Of a DNA stretch of 64,000 nt, positions 20,581-29,063 are shown piece by piece. Under the pieces are notes generated by a model that saw nothing but the letters and a program-made list of their open reading frames with translations, was not told the origin of the DNA and made no database searches. Source of the DNA: Escherichia phage FL18; the sequence record PP400780; one strand, written 5' to 3'. The position numbers and the translations under genes were made by a program. Every line of letters begins with the position of its first letter. Position 1 is the first letter of the stretch.

Positions 20581-20820
20581 ATGATTTATTACGAAAGTAT
20601 TGGAACCAAAGTGGTTGCTAAAACCATTACTCGTGAAAAGTTTGCAAAGATATTTGATATGCGTTATAAAAAATCTGAACACAAAGGCATCCGATTCGAA
20701 GATGCGCACTGTACAATTTGCCCTTATAATGAAGACATAAACGGTACAATCGTTCCATTGGTAGAAGCTTCACATGATGACCTTTGGGATGAATATAATA
20801 TCGCATGTCGTGAAATTTAA
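20581..20820 (+). CDS. hypothetical protein
   Basis: 79 aa from ATG 20581 after TGGAG. Confidence 0.45.
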   Translation: MIYYESIGTKVVAKTITREKFAKIFDMRYKKSEHKGIRFEDAHCTICPYNEDINGTIVPLVEASHDDLWDEYNIACREI

Positions 20821-20848
20821 GTTAATGAATTAATCCGAGGAAAATATT

Positions 20849-21805
20849 ATGATGTTAGTTATTGGTTCTCGTGCACTTCACTATCACGGTCTTATTGATT
20901 CTAGCGCTATCAAAAATAGTGATTGGGACTTTATTGCGGACCAAGGTTCTTGGAATGCATTCAAAAATCAAATGATGGGTGTATATGTCCACCAAGATAA
21001 CCATGATGTCCAAGTTTTCAAATGCTTCCATAATGGACGCGAAACTCATTTTGAAGCATATATTGTTCCGGCAATCACTAATGTCCGTGAATTAGTCGGT
21101 GAACTCACTCCTGAAGATTTCACGTCTTCTTATGACCTTTTAAAATACGCCAAGAAAAATTTGACTAAAGACCGTTTGAACGGGTTTTACTGGGCAACTC
21201 CTGAGATATGTCTTGCAATTAAGATGTCTCATCGTTTCAAGAAAAATAATCCATTCTTTTTAAAGACTATGAACCATATTCAGTATCTTCGTGGTAAAGG
21301 TGTTACACTGAACGATGAACTTACTGAAATTATGCTGAAACGCCAGAAAGAAACCTTGAACTATGCTCACCCGGTTCTTGACACTTCTAAAAGTGCGTTC
21401 TTTAAAGATGACATCTATACATATGACCATGATACTATTCATGAAGCCATTGCACTAACAGACCGTCCAGCGTATACATTTTATATGAAAGACGGTTCTG
21501 AAGTCATGACCTCACGAGAGAAGTTCGAATCGTTACCAGAAATGGTCAAATTGGCCGGTGTATATGAAGAATCATGTGTACTAGCATTAGAACGTTCTCA
21601 GATTCCTAATGACTTTAAAATTAACCCTGAAGCCAGTTTCATGATGGCATTGGAAAAGGTCTGTACAAGCATCACCTCCGGTTGGTTCCGTGAATACGCC
21701 TGGGAAAGCTACAGCAAAGTAGTAAGTATGTACCAAAGTTTAGGACATGACGATTACGTCAAACGTTTCAAACAAAATTTCCATATGGTAAAACCTTTCA
21801 AATAA
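20849..21805 (+). CDS. hypothetical protein (318 aa)
   Basis: long ORF with SD GAGGA; no motif recognised. Confidence 0.5.
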   Translation: MMLVIGSRALHYHGLIDSSAIKNSDWDFIADQGSWNAFKNQMMGVYVHQDNHDVQVFKCFHNGRETHFEAYIVPAITNVRELVGELTPEDFTSSYDLLKYAKKNLTKDRLNGFYWATPEICLAIKMSHRFKKNNPFFLKTMNHIQYLRGKGVTLNDELTEIMLKRQKETLNYAHPVLDTSKSAFFKDDIYTYDHDTIHEAIALTDRPAYTFYMKDGSEVMTSREKFESLPEMVKLAGVYEESCVLALERSQIPNDFKINPEASFMMALEKVCTSITSGWFREYAWESYSKVVSMYQSLGHDDYVKRFKQNFHMVKPFK

Positions 21806-21817
21806 TTTCGCAAAACT

Positions 21818-21854
21818 GTTTACACAATTATAGGACTATGTTATAGTAGTCCTA
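21818..21854 (+). promoter_or_regulatory. PeSL
   Basis: GTTTACA + taggactatgttatagtagtccta. Confidence 0.55.
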
Positions 21855-21875
21855 TTAAAACATGAGGAGAATATT

Positions 21876-22181
21876 ATGAAATTAGGCGAAACCAATCGAA
21901 TCGGTCTTTTTACAATATTTGCATCACCTTTTTACGTAGCTCTTTCTGTTGCAGTATTACAAAAGGCTTACAGTATGGATGGTGTTCCTGGTTTTGTATT
22001 CTTATCACCGTTTTTATTATTCGTCGGAGCTTTGTTATTATATGCCACGACTAGTTTCGACCATAACGTCTGGGTTAATTATAAATGTAAATTGTCTGAA
22101 GAAGAACACGCAGAAGCTCGTAAAAAAGCTATTGAATCTACCAATCTAGAAAATTTCATTAAAGAATGCCGAGGAAAATAA
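21876..22181 (+). CDS. membrane protein ending NFIKECRGK
   Basis: 101 aa, two hydrophobic helices. Confidence 0.5.
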   Translation: MKLGETNRIGLFTIFASPFYVALSVAVLQKAYSMDGVPGFVFLSPFLLFVGALLLYATTSFDHNVWVNYKCKLSEEEHAEARKKAIESTNLENFIKECRGK

Positions 22182-22182
22182 T

Positions 22183-22869
22183 ATGAATAGTTCTAAAGTG
22201 TTTAATAGTCAAGCTCGTGCAGTAGGTGGTTTTGCTCATGCGATTAAAAACGACCAGATTAAAAACGAGCCTATGTTCTTTAACTGCGATTTGAATTTTG
22301 CTTTTGATAATGGCGGTCCAATTACTCGTAGCTTTATCCAAAATCTCCCTGACGATTGGAAAGACTCGGATGTAGTATTTGATTCACGAGTCCACATGCT
22401 GATGCCTGGTTGGTACCCTGCTATCCCAGGTTATCACCATGACGATGTACCACGCCCGGATATTCCGGTTGGTCAACACTTTATTACTGCAGGACAACCT
22501 GACTATGACAATCCTCGCTATTTGTCTGAACATATTCTTGGTCTTGTTAACGCTGATGTGTGTCCTACTCATTTTGCAACAGGAACTGCAGAGTTCAGTC
22601 AGATTCCTGATGGTGAACTTATCTATCGCCAGTGGCACAAAGAAGTCCTCGAAAAAATCGAAAAAGGCGAACTAGAGAAATGGGAAGCTCCAGATCGTAC
22701 TCTTCTTCAGTTTGATTGGCAAACATGGCACACTGGTTCTCGTGCAATTAGTAACGGATGGCGTTGGTTCGGGCGTGTATCTCGTAATACAGACCGAGTT
22801 AAAAAGATTACCAATGAAATTCGTGTCAATGCCCAAGTTTATCTGGAATTCCCTATGGAAGGCTGGTAA
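22183..22869 (+). CDS. hypothetical protein (228 aa)
   Basis: ORF with SD; no motif recognised. Confidence 0.5.
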   Translation: MNSSKVFNSQARAVGGFAHAIKNDQIKNEPMFFNCDLNFAFDNGGPITRSFIQNLPDDWKDSDVVFDSRVHMLMPGWYPAIPGYHHDDVPRPDIPVGQHFITAGQPDYDNPRYLSEHILGLVNADVCPTHFATGTAEFSQIPDGELIYRQWHKEVLEKIEKGELEKWEAPDRTLLQFDWQTWHTGSRAISNGWRWFGRVSRNTDRVKKITNEIRVNAQVYLEFPMEGW

Positions 22870-23348
22870 TGATTAACAATAATATAGACGATGGCAACGA
22901 AGGTATTTCGTATTATTCAGTAGATTGGACAGGATGTCCATCCTACTTAGTGAAACATATTTGCCAAGAATTTAAAATCAACCAGCCAGCAGGTATTATC
23001 GTGAACAGATACATTAATGGATATCAACCTATGGATGAAGTAATACGAACAACTCAAGCTGAGCTTGAAAAGTTTTTCAATAAGTGCCAATGGATAACAG
23101 GATGGATTATATTTGTACCGTCAGTGTGGTTTTTTAGTACTAAAGTAAGTGCCTTTGCTATACTAGATATTATCGCTATCTTATTAGCATCTACTATCGT
23201 AAGTATAATTGGCGGTATAATTGGTGGAGGTACTGTAGGCATCATTATTAATCTTGTTAAAAGTAGTTTACAAGAACGTAAAGACAAGATAAAGGCCAAG
23301 AATAATGAAGTTGAACGTTTTATTACCGAATGCAGGAATTTGAGATGA
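22869..23348 (+). CDS. membrane protein ending RFITECRNLR
   Basis: 159 aa; Gly-rich TM segment IIGGIIGGGTVGIII. Confidence 0.5.
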   Translation: MINNNIDDGNEGISYYSVDWTGCPSYLVKHICQEFKINQPAGIIVNRYINGYQPMDEVIRTTQAELEKFFNKCQWITGWIIFVPSVWFFSTKVSAFAILDIIAILLASTIVSIIGGIIGGGTVGIIINLVKSSLQERKDKIKAKNNEVERFITECRNLR

Positions 23349-23581
23349 GTATAGCAATTTACATTAAATCAGAATCATGTGATAGTTATCTGTACACATA
23401 CGATAAAGATGTGTCAGAAGAAAAAATCAAAGACGATCTTAATATGGACCTTGATATGTTCTGTCCTATTGCAGATTACAAACTTGCGGTCTCTAATAGT
23501 GAAAGTCCATCTAAAGAAACGCGCATTGAAGAATTTATATCTGAACTAATGGCCAAATCATGGGACCGAGATGATGAGTAA
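23345..23581 (+). CDS. hypothetical protein
   Basis: 78 aa from ATG 23345. Confidence 0.4.
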   Translation: MSIAIYIKSESCDSYLYTYDKDVSEEKIKDDLNMDLDMFCPIADYKLAVSNSESPSKETRIEEFISELMAKSWDRDDE

Positions 23582-24029
23582 GAAAAATAAAGTGAAAGAA
23601 CTATCAGCCGGTATTATTTTCCTTACCGAAGATAAAGAATTATTCATGGGGCGTGTAACTGGTTCTCGTCATAAAGGTGCATTAGCTCATCGGTGGGATA
23701 TTCCTAAAGGCCGTGTCGAACCTGGCGAATCTCCTATTGAAGCCGCTATTCGTGAATGCGAAGAAGAAACTGGGTTTACACAATATGACCCTGCCTTCCT
23801 GAAAGACCTAGGTGAACATCATTACTCAGACAATAAGAATATTCATCTGTTCCTATATACCATCCCTGTAGAGCACGAGCAATTCAGAAACAGTGTTTGT
23901 AATTCATATCATACATTCCCAGACGGACGACAGATTCCTGAATTTGATGCATTCGCTTTAATTAAACCTTCTCAATGGGAATATGTAATGGGCAAATCAT
24001 TATATAAGGTGCTCACTACACTCCTATAA
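23571..24029 (+). CDS. nudE: Nudix hydrolase
   Basis: Nudix box GRVEPGESPIEAAIRECEEETGF; 152 aa; adjacent to lysozyme gene as in T4. Confidence 0.75.
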   Translation: MMSKKNKVKELSAGIIFLTEDKELFMGRVTGSRHKGALAHRWDIPKGRVEPGESPIEAAIRECEEETGFTQYDPAFLKDLGEHHYSDNKNIHLFLYTIPVEHEQFRNSVCNSYHTFPDGRQIPEFDAFALIKPSQWEYVMGKSLYKVLTTLL

Positions 24030-24063
24030 GTAATAAATACCTCCTATAAACGTGGGAGGTATT

Positions 24064-24552
24064 ATGAATATATTTGAAATGCTTCGTAATGACGAAGGTC
24101 TTAGACTGACTTTATACAAAGACACTGAAGGCTTTTGGACGATTGGCATAGGCCATTTGGTAACAAAGAACCCGTCTTTAGCCATAGCTAAAGCTGAACT
24201 TGACAGAATTATCGGACGTAAATGCAACGGTACAATTACCCTTGATGAGGCTGAAAAGCTATTTAATGAAGACGTTGATAAAGCCGTTCGCGGAATCTTG
24301 GGTAATGCTAAACTTAAACCGGTATATGATTCTTTAGATGCGGTTCGTCGATGTGCATTGGTCAATATGGTCTTCCAAATGGGTGTAGCAGGCGTCGCCG
24401 GTTTTACTAATTCTCTTCGTATGCTTCAACAGAAACGTTGGGACGAAGCGGCAGTAAATCTAGCCCAATCTAAATGGTATCGTCAGACACCTAATCGCGC
24501 GAAACGCGTAATCTCAACATTTAAAACAGGAACTTGGAAAGCGTATATATGA
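24064..24552 (+). CDS. e: endolysin (T4 lysozyme family)
   Basis: [15 protein letters not shown]...TIGIGHL...; length about 162 aa. Confidence 0.9.
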   Translation: MNIFEMLRNDEGLRLTLYKDTEGFWTIGIGHLVTKNPSLAIAKAELDRIIGRKCNGTITLDEAEKLFNEDVDKAVRGILGNAKLKPVYDSLDAVRRCALVNMVFQMGVAGVAGFTNSLRMLQQKRWDEAAVNLAQSKWYRQTPNRAKRVISTFKTGTWKAYI

Positions 24553-24830
24553 AAACATACAATGAATTTTTATCAGAATCTATTCTTAACGAAGCTACTG
24601 ACACATTTGCAACTAAGCTAGGTGCAGCTTTGGTTGAAGCCGAAAGTCTATTAGCACGTATTTCTGAACTTGCTAGTAAGATAGATACTCGCAAATTTGA
24701 ACGTACCAGCGATATCGCTAAGCTTGAAGCCTTGTTACGTATGTGCGATAAACCGGAAGAAATCGCTAAGAACGGCTCGCTGATGAAACAACGTCTTGAA
24801 AAATATATTTCAGGCGCTTCAGAAAAATAG
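24549..24830 (+). CDS. internal-protein-like, [13 protein letters not shown]
   Basis: ATGA overlap with e; 93 aa. Confidence 0.6.
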   Translation: MKTYNEFLSESILNEATDTFATKLGAALVEAESLLARISELASKIDTRKFERTSDIAKLEALLRMCDKPEEIAKNGSLMKQRLEKYISGASEK

Positions 24831-24832
24831 TT

Positions 24833-24884
24833 GTTTACTTCCTCCAAGGGTTTTGATACTATACATTCATCAACTACTTGGAGG
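24833..24884 (+). promoter_or_regulatory. PeSL (inverted repeat cctccaag/cttggagg around GATACTATA)
   Basis: seen in sequence. Confidence 0.5.
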
Positions 24885-24889
24885 AAATT

Positions 24890-24993
24890 ATGACCCGTCC
24901 GAAGCGTCCATTGCGATAAATCAAGCACGCTTAGATGAAAAAATTGCTCAACGTCCGACTTGGTACAAATACTTTGGTAAATCAATTTACTAA
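24890..24993 (+). pseudogene. denV: denV (endonuclease V) remnant: start codon plus frameshifted C-terminal about 31 codons
   Basis: ATG ACC CGT (MTR) then out-of-frame ...[30 protein letters not shown], matching recalled T4 EndoV C-terminus; about 100 internal codons absent. Confidence 0.6.
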
Positions 24994-24999
24994 GGAAAA

Positions 25000-25260
25000 A
25001 TGAAAATGTATCAAGAATTTATCGTTGAAGCAGATGCCAAAGGTCCTAAATTTAAAGTTAAAGCTTTCATTGGTGATGCGGAAGACTTTGGCTCATTAAA
25101 ACGTAATGGGTATTCTTTCTTAGGTGGCAATGGTAAAGAAATCAACACCTATGCAAAACGTAGTGAAATTGCTTATGTTGTAGCAAGTCCTAAAGTAGAT
25201 GTTGACGATATTGGATACGATTTTAACAACTTCGGAATTATTTCTGGCGGTAAAGCTTAA
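25000..25260 (+). CDS. internal-protein-like, CTS MKMYQEFIVE
   Basis: 86 aa. Confidence 0.55.
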   Translation: MKMYQEFIVEADAKGPKFKVKAFIGDAEDFGSLKRNGYSFLGGNGKEINTYAKRSEIAYVVASPKVDVDDIGYDFNNFGIISGGKA

Positions 25261-25263
25261 ATT

Positions 25264-25295
25264 GTTTACGCTTAAGTATTAATATGGTATATAAT
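25264..25295 (+). promoter_or_regulatory. early-type promoter (GTTTAC ... TATAAT)
   Basis: spacing about 20 nt, weaker match. Confidence 0.3.
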
Positions 25296-25325
25296 TACTC
25301 TATCAAAACAAACAAGGAAACAAAA

Positions 25326-25628
25326 ATGAAAACATATCAAGAATTTATTACTGAAGCGCGAGTGAGTGCAGGTAAATTAGAAGCCGCTATAAATAAAAAG
25401 GCCCATTCATTTCATGATTTGTCCGATAAAGACCGTAAGAAACTTGTAAGCCTTTATATTGACAAAGAGCGTATTCTCGCTCTTCCTGGCGCTAATGAAG
25501 GTAAACAGGCCAAGCCTTTGAATGCTGTCGAAAAGAAAATTGATAACTTTGCTTCTAAATTCGGTATGTCTATGGATGACCTTCAGCAAGCGGCTATCGA
25601 AGCAGCTAAAGTAATTAAAGGTAAATAA
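25326..25628 (+). CDS. internal-protein-like, CTS MKTYQEFITE
   Basis: 100 aa; SD AAGGA. Confidence 0.6.
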   Translation: MKTYQEFITEARVSAGKLEAAINKKAHSFHDLSDKDRKKLVSLYIDKERILALPGANEGKQAKPLNAVEKKIDNFASKFGMSMDDLQQAAIEAAKVIKGK

Positions 25629-25630
25629 CA

Positions 25631-25676
25631 GTTTACTTCTCCTAGAATTGTGATAGTATATTCATAATTCTAGGAG
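25631..25676 (+). promoter_or_regulatory. PeSL (11-bp inverted repeat ctcctagaatt/aattctaggag)
   Basis: GTTTAC then stem-loop containing GATAGTATA. Confidence 0.55.
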
Positions 25677-25739
25677 GGGTAAATACAGAAATGGACAATT
25701 CATGTGCCACGGAATGGCCCAACATAAAAGAGAAACTAA

Positions 25740-26279
25740 ATGAGAACATTTTTAACTGGACCTTATCTATCCCTGATGAATGCTTTTACACACCATTCTG
25801 ATGCTAGAGTAGAAGAAATTTGTAAGAACGGTTACGTCCCACCATTTGAAGACGTACTCAAGCAGTACTGTACACTTCGTTTAGACGGCGGCAGACAATC
25901 AGGTAAATCGACCGCAGTAACTAATTTTGCTGTTAATTGGCTGTATGATGGTGGAACAGTTATTGTTCTTTCTAATACTTCAGCTTATGCTAAAATTTCT
26001 GCTGGCAACATTAAAAAAGAATTTTCTCGTTATTCTAGCGATGATATTCGATTCCGTTTATTTACTGATTCTGTTCGTAGTTTTATTGGCAATGAAGGTT
26101 CTAAATTCCGTGGATTAACGCTTTCTCGTATTCTGTACATAATTGACGAGCCTATTAAAGCTCCTGATATGGATAAGATTTACAATGTCCATATTAAAAC
26201 AGCCCAACACTGTTGCAAAAGCAAATATTGCATCGGCGGTATTGCTCGTCCTCAATTTTTTGTGATTGGAATGCAATGA
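25740..26279 (+). CDS. small P-loop NTPase-like protein
   Basis: Walker A-like GGRQSGKST, Walker B-like ILYIIDEP; 179 aa. Confidence 0.45.
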   Translation: MRTFLTGPYLSLMNAFTHHSDARVEEICKNGYVPPFEDVLKQYCTLRLDGGRQSGKSTAVTNFAVNWLYDGGTVIVLSNTSAYAKISAGNIKKEFSRYSSDDIRFRLFTDSVRSFIGNEGSKFRGLTLSRILYIIDEPIKAPDMDKIYNVHIKTAQHCCKSKYCIGGIARPQFFVIGMQ

Positions 26280-26584
26280 TGACCACTATTGAAGTTTTTG
26301 AGTATTGTTATAACAGCCCAGTATGCAATAAAAGGGCTCTTGTAGAAAATTATGAGATTTACCATTTTAAACCTAAACGATATCGTTTGACTAAAGGACC
26401 GTTCGCAGGGCAGCAGGTTCTTTGTACTGCTCCTAATGCACGGTTGATGACTAGTATTCCGCATTTCAAAATGGAATTTATTGATGGGCCATTTAAGGGA
26501 TTAATCACTCAAAGTTTAATGGCGTTTAATTCCGACCCATTTTTGATTAAAGAAAAAACTTGGATAAATTTATTTTCTAATTGA
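26276..26584 (+). CDS. hypothetical protein
   Basis: ATGA overlap; about 102 aa. Confidence 0.4.
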   Translation: MMTTIEVFEYCYNSPVCNKRALVENYEIYHFKPKRYRLTKGPFAGQQVLCTAPNARLMTSIPHFKMEFIDGPFKGLITQSLMAFNSDPFLIKEKTWINLFSN

Positions 26585-26590
26585 GGTTAT

Positions 26591-26953
26591 ATGAAAGCAT
26601 ATCAAATTCTTGAAGGTGCACATAAAGGCACTATTTATTTTGAAGACGGTACTCAAGCCAGGATTATTGTCTCTAAGACTTTTAAAGAAGACTCTATTGT
26701 AGACCCGGAAATTTTCTACGGTTTGAAGGCCCGTGAAATTGAAATTGAACATCAACCTAAAGTTAAAATTGAAGGTGGTCAACATCTGAACGTTAACGTT
26801 CTGCGTCGTGAAACTCTTGAAGATGCAGTTAAGCATCCGGAAAAATATCCGCAGCTGACCATCCGTGTATCTGGTTATGCAGTTCGCTTTAACTCTCTGA
26901 CTCAGGAACAGCAGCGCGACGTTATCGCTCGTACCTTTACTGAGAGTCTATAA
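26591..26953 (+). CDS. autonomous glycyl radical cofactor (GrcA/YfiD-like)
   Basis: C-terminal about 64 aa nearly identical to recalled E. coli GrcA incl. glycyl-radical motif [13 protein letters not shown]; a T4 homologue (Y06I) is described in the literature. Confidence 0.8.
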   Translation: MKAYQILEGAHKGTIYFEDGTQARIIVSKTFKEDSIVDPEIFYGLKAREIEIEHQPKVKIEGGQHLNVNVLRRETLEDAVKHPEKYPQLTIRVSGYAVRFNSLTQEQQRDVIARTFTESL

Positions 26954-27177
26954 TGGCTAAATTGATTATAGAAGGGTCTGAAGATGTTTTAAAATGTTTT
27001 GCCGCCTGGTTTAGTTGCTCAGGCGAGCAATCATTCACTGAAACATTTAGAATGGGTGATATTACTGGGAACTATCCGACAACTGATATCACTGTACGTG
27101 GATATGGTATTAATGAGCCTATCCAATTGGTCGAATATGACCTTGCCACTGATGAGGAAATTCCTTATGTCGATTGA
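26953..27177 (+). CDS. hypothetical protein
   Basis: 74 aa ORF, ATGA-type overlap. Confidence 0.4.
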   Translation: MAKLIIEGSEDVLKCFAAWFSCSGEQSFTETFRMGDITGNYPTTDITVRGYGINEPIQLVEYDLATDEEIPYVD

Positions 27178-27433
27178 AGACATCAAAGGCCACAAGCCGC
27201 ATACCAATGATAAAATTGGTAAAGTGAACGCTATTAAAGATGCTGAAGTCCGTCTTGGATTGTTGTTTGATGCTCTGATTGAAGAAGCATATATCTTGAA
27301 AGAAAATGAAACAGAGCAACAAACCAAAGAAGATATGGATGCAGTGCAGGCTCTTAAGTACGCTAAGCAACATCTAAAAGAAGCCAGCATGTGGGCATGT
27401 CGTGCAGTATTTCGACCTGAGGAAAAATACTAA
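27167..27433 (+). CDS. hypothetical protein
   Basis: 88 aa from internal ATG of ORF 26999..27433. Confidence 0.4.
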   Translation: MSIEDIKGHKPHTNDKIGKVNAIKDAEVRLGLLFDALIEEAYILKENETEQQTKEDMDAVQALKYAKQHLKEASMWACRAVFRPEEKY

Positions 27434-27648
27434 TGGCTTCTACTATTACTGGGTTATTGGACTTCCAAGAAAAGGTCAACAAAATTTGTAGTGAATACTT
27501 AAAGTATCTTGAAGAAGACCTTGAAGATTGTAAGGAAGAAGGCGAAGAAGACTATGCTGATCAGCGTCGACGCCAAATCGAAGAGATGAGGCGTTTCGCC
27601 AATATAGTATCTAAAGAATCTTGGGCTTTAACTCCATTTTATCAATAA
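27433..27648 (+). CDS. hypothetical acidic protein
   Basis: 71 aa. Confidence 0.4.
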   Translation: MASTITGLLDFQEKVNKICSEYLKYLEEDLEDCKEEGEEDYADQRRRQIEEMRRFANIVSKESWALTPFYQ

Positions 27649-27652
27649 AGTA

Positions 27653-27701
27653 GTTTACTTCTCCTCTAGTTGTGTTACTATAGACCTGTCAACTAGAGGA
27701 G
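27653..27701 (+). promoter_or_regulatory. PeSL (perfect 12-bp inverted repeat ctcctctagttg/caactagaggag)
   Basis: GTTTAC + TGTTACTATAG in loop; 3' arm supplies SD GAGGAG. Confidence 0.6.
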
Positions 27702-27709
27702 AAATCAAA

Positions 27710-28168
27710 ATGACTATCAATTCAGACGTTTTTATCCGCCGTAATAAACTCCGTCGAATCTTTGAAACGGAGTTCCGCAAAATAAATGCCGGTATAAAAG
27801 ATGCTGCAAAGTCTCTTGGACTACCAGGCTTTCATATCAAGTATTCTCAACATCTCTTAGATCGTGCCATCCAGAGAGAAATAGATGAGAATTACGTTTT
27901 TGAATTATTTCATAAAGTAAAAAATCATGTTAAAGAAGTTGCAGAATTTTTATCAATGCCGGCACGTCCAGATGTTGATGAAGATTTTGTCGAAGGTGTC
28001 GAATATCGCCCAGGCCGTTTAGAAATAACTGATGGAAATCTTTGGTTAGGACTTACAGTTTGTCGCGAAAATCCAGCATTCAAAATGAAGACTCTTCAAT
28101 GCAGAATGGCTATTATTAACAGTAAACGACTACCAGGAAAAGCTTCTAAAGCAGTGATTAAAATCTAG
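27710..28168 (+). CDS. hypothetical protein, possibly RegB endoribonuclease (position and size)
   Basis: 152 aa; location in tk-e interval; identity not verified. Confidence 0.35.
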   Translation: MTINSDVFIRRNKLRRIFETEFRKINAGIKDAAKSLGLPGFHIKYSQHLLDRAIQREIDENYVFELFHKVKNHVKEVAEFLSMPARPDVDEDFVEGVEYRPGRLEITDGNLWLGLTVCRENPAFKMKTLQCRMAIINSKRLPGKASKAVIKI

Positions 28169-28176
28169 AGGTAAAC

Positions 28177-28719
28177 ATGAGAAAAGCACTACTCGCTGGT
28201 CTATTTGCTCTTTCGTTATCAGCATATAGCTCCGAGCATACTTTTAGTAATGTCCAACTCGATAACTTGAATTATGCTTATCAGTTCGGGGAACAGTTTT
28301 CTAAGGACGGAAAATTTAAAACGCATGAAAATATGCATAAGAAAGGACTTGGATACATAATGGCCGCAATACTATGGCAAGAATCGTCTGCCGGTATTAA
28401 TCTTAAAGATAAGAAAGGTCACCATGTGTATGGAATGTTCCAAAATTATCTACCAACAATGAGGGCAAGAATTAACCAGCTTGGTTATAATATGACTGAT
28501 GCCCAAATTAAGAAAATGCTATCTAAGCGGTCTAATTCAGCCAGATGGGCTTATATCGAATTTTCTTATTGGTTAAATATACATAATGGGGATATAAGAA
28601 AAGCTATATCCTCATATAATGCAGGATGTAAGACAAGTGCTGGAAGTAAATATGCTTCTGAAGTCCTAGAAAAGGCTAATTACCTTAAATCAAATAAACT
28701 ACTGGAAATAAAAGAATGA
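28177..28719 (+). CDS. secreted lytic-transglycosylase-like protein
   Basis: N-terminal signal peptide; SLT-like motifs WQESS, GMFQ, SYNAG. Confidence 0.5.
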   Translation: MRKALLAGLFALSLSAYSSEHTFSNVQLDNLNYAYQFGEQFSKDGKFKTHENMHKKGLGYIMAAILWQESSAGINLKDKKGHHVYGMFQNYLPTMRARINQLGYNMTDAQIKKMLSKRSNSARWAYIEFSYWLNIHNGDIRKAISSYNAGCKTSAGSKYASEVLEKANYLKSNKLLEIKE

Positions 28720-29063
28720 CCAAAATGTTGGCTTTAATAGTTGGCTTGGTTTCATTTAACGCTCTTGCTAATACTACATATACTGATGTAACGGAGTATA
28801 CAAACAGAACGGCGTCTGATTATTGTGGTAAAAGTCGAGAGTGTAAAGTAGATTTTTCACAAAAATTGTTATATGCGTATAAAGACGGAGAAAAAGATGG
28901 GGCGTCTAGTAGGTTCAAGGCGTCTACTTTAATTAAAAGATACTATAAAAAATGGCAAATATTAGAATGCTCGGTGGCGGAACCTAAAGATAAGGCAGCA
29001 TGCAATTCTATGGTGGACCGTCTAGTTGACTCTTATACTAGAGGACTTGCAGCAAGTGATTAA
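28716..29063 (+). CDS. secreted hypothetical protein (vs position/size)
   Basis: 115 aa with signal-peptide-like N-terminus. Confidence 0.4.
   Translation: MTKMLALIVGLVSFNALANTTYTDVTEYTNRTASDYCGKSRECKVDFSQKLLYAYKDGEKDGASSRFKASTLIKRYYKKWQILECSVAEPKDKAACNSMVDRLVDSYTRGLAASD

Noticed and set aside
26999-27433. Long 144-aa version of the ORF ending at 27433
   Set aside because: N-terminal 56 codons overlap the preceding gene in another frame; internal ATG at 27167 gives an ATGA-type junction consistent with neighbouring genes
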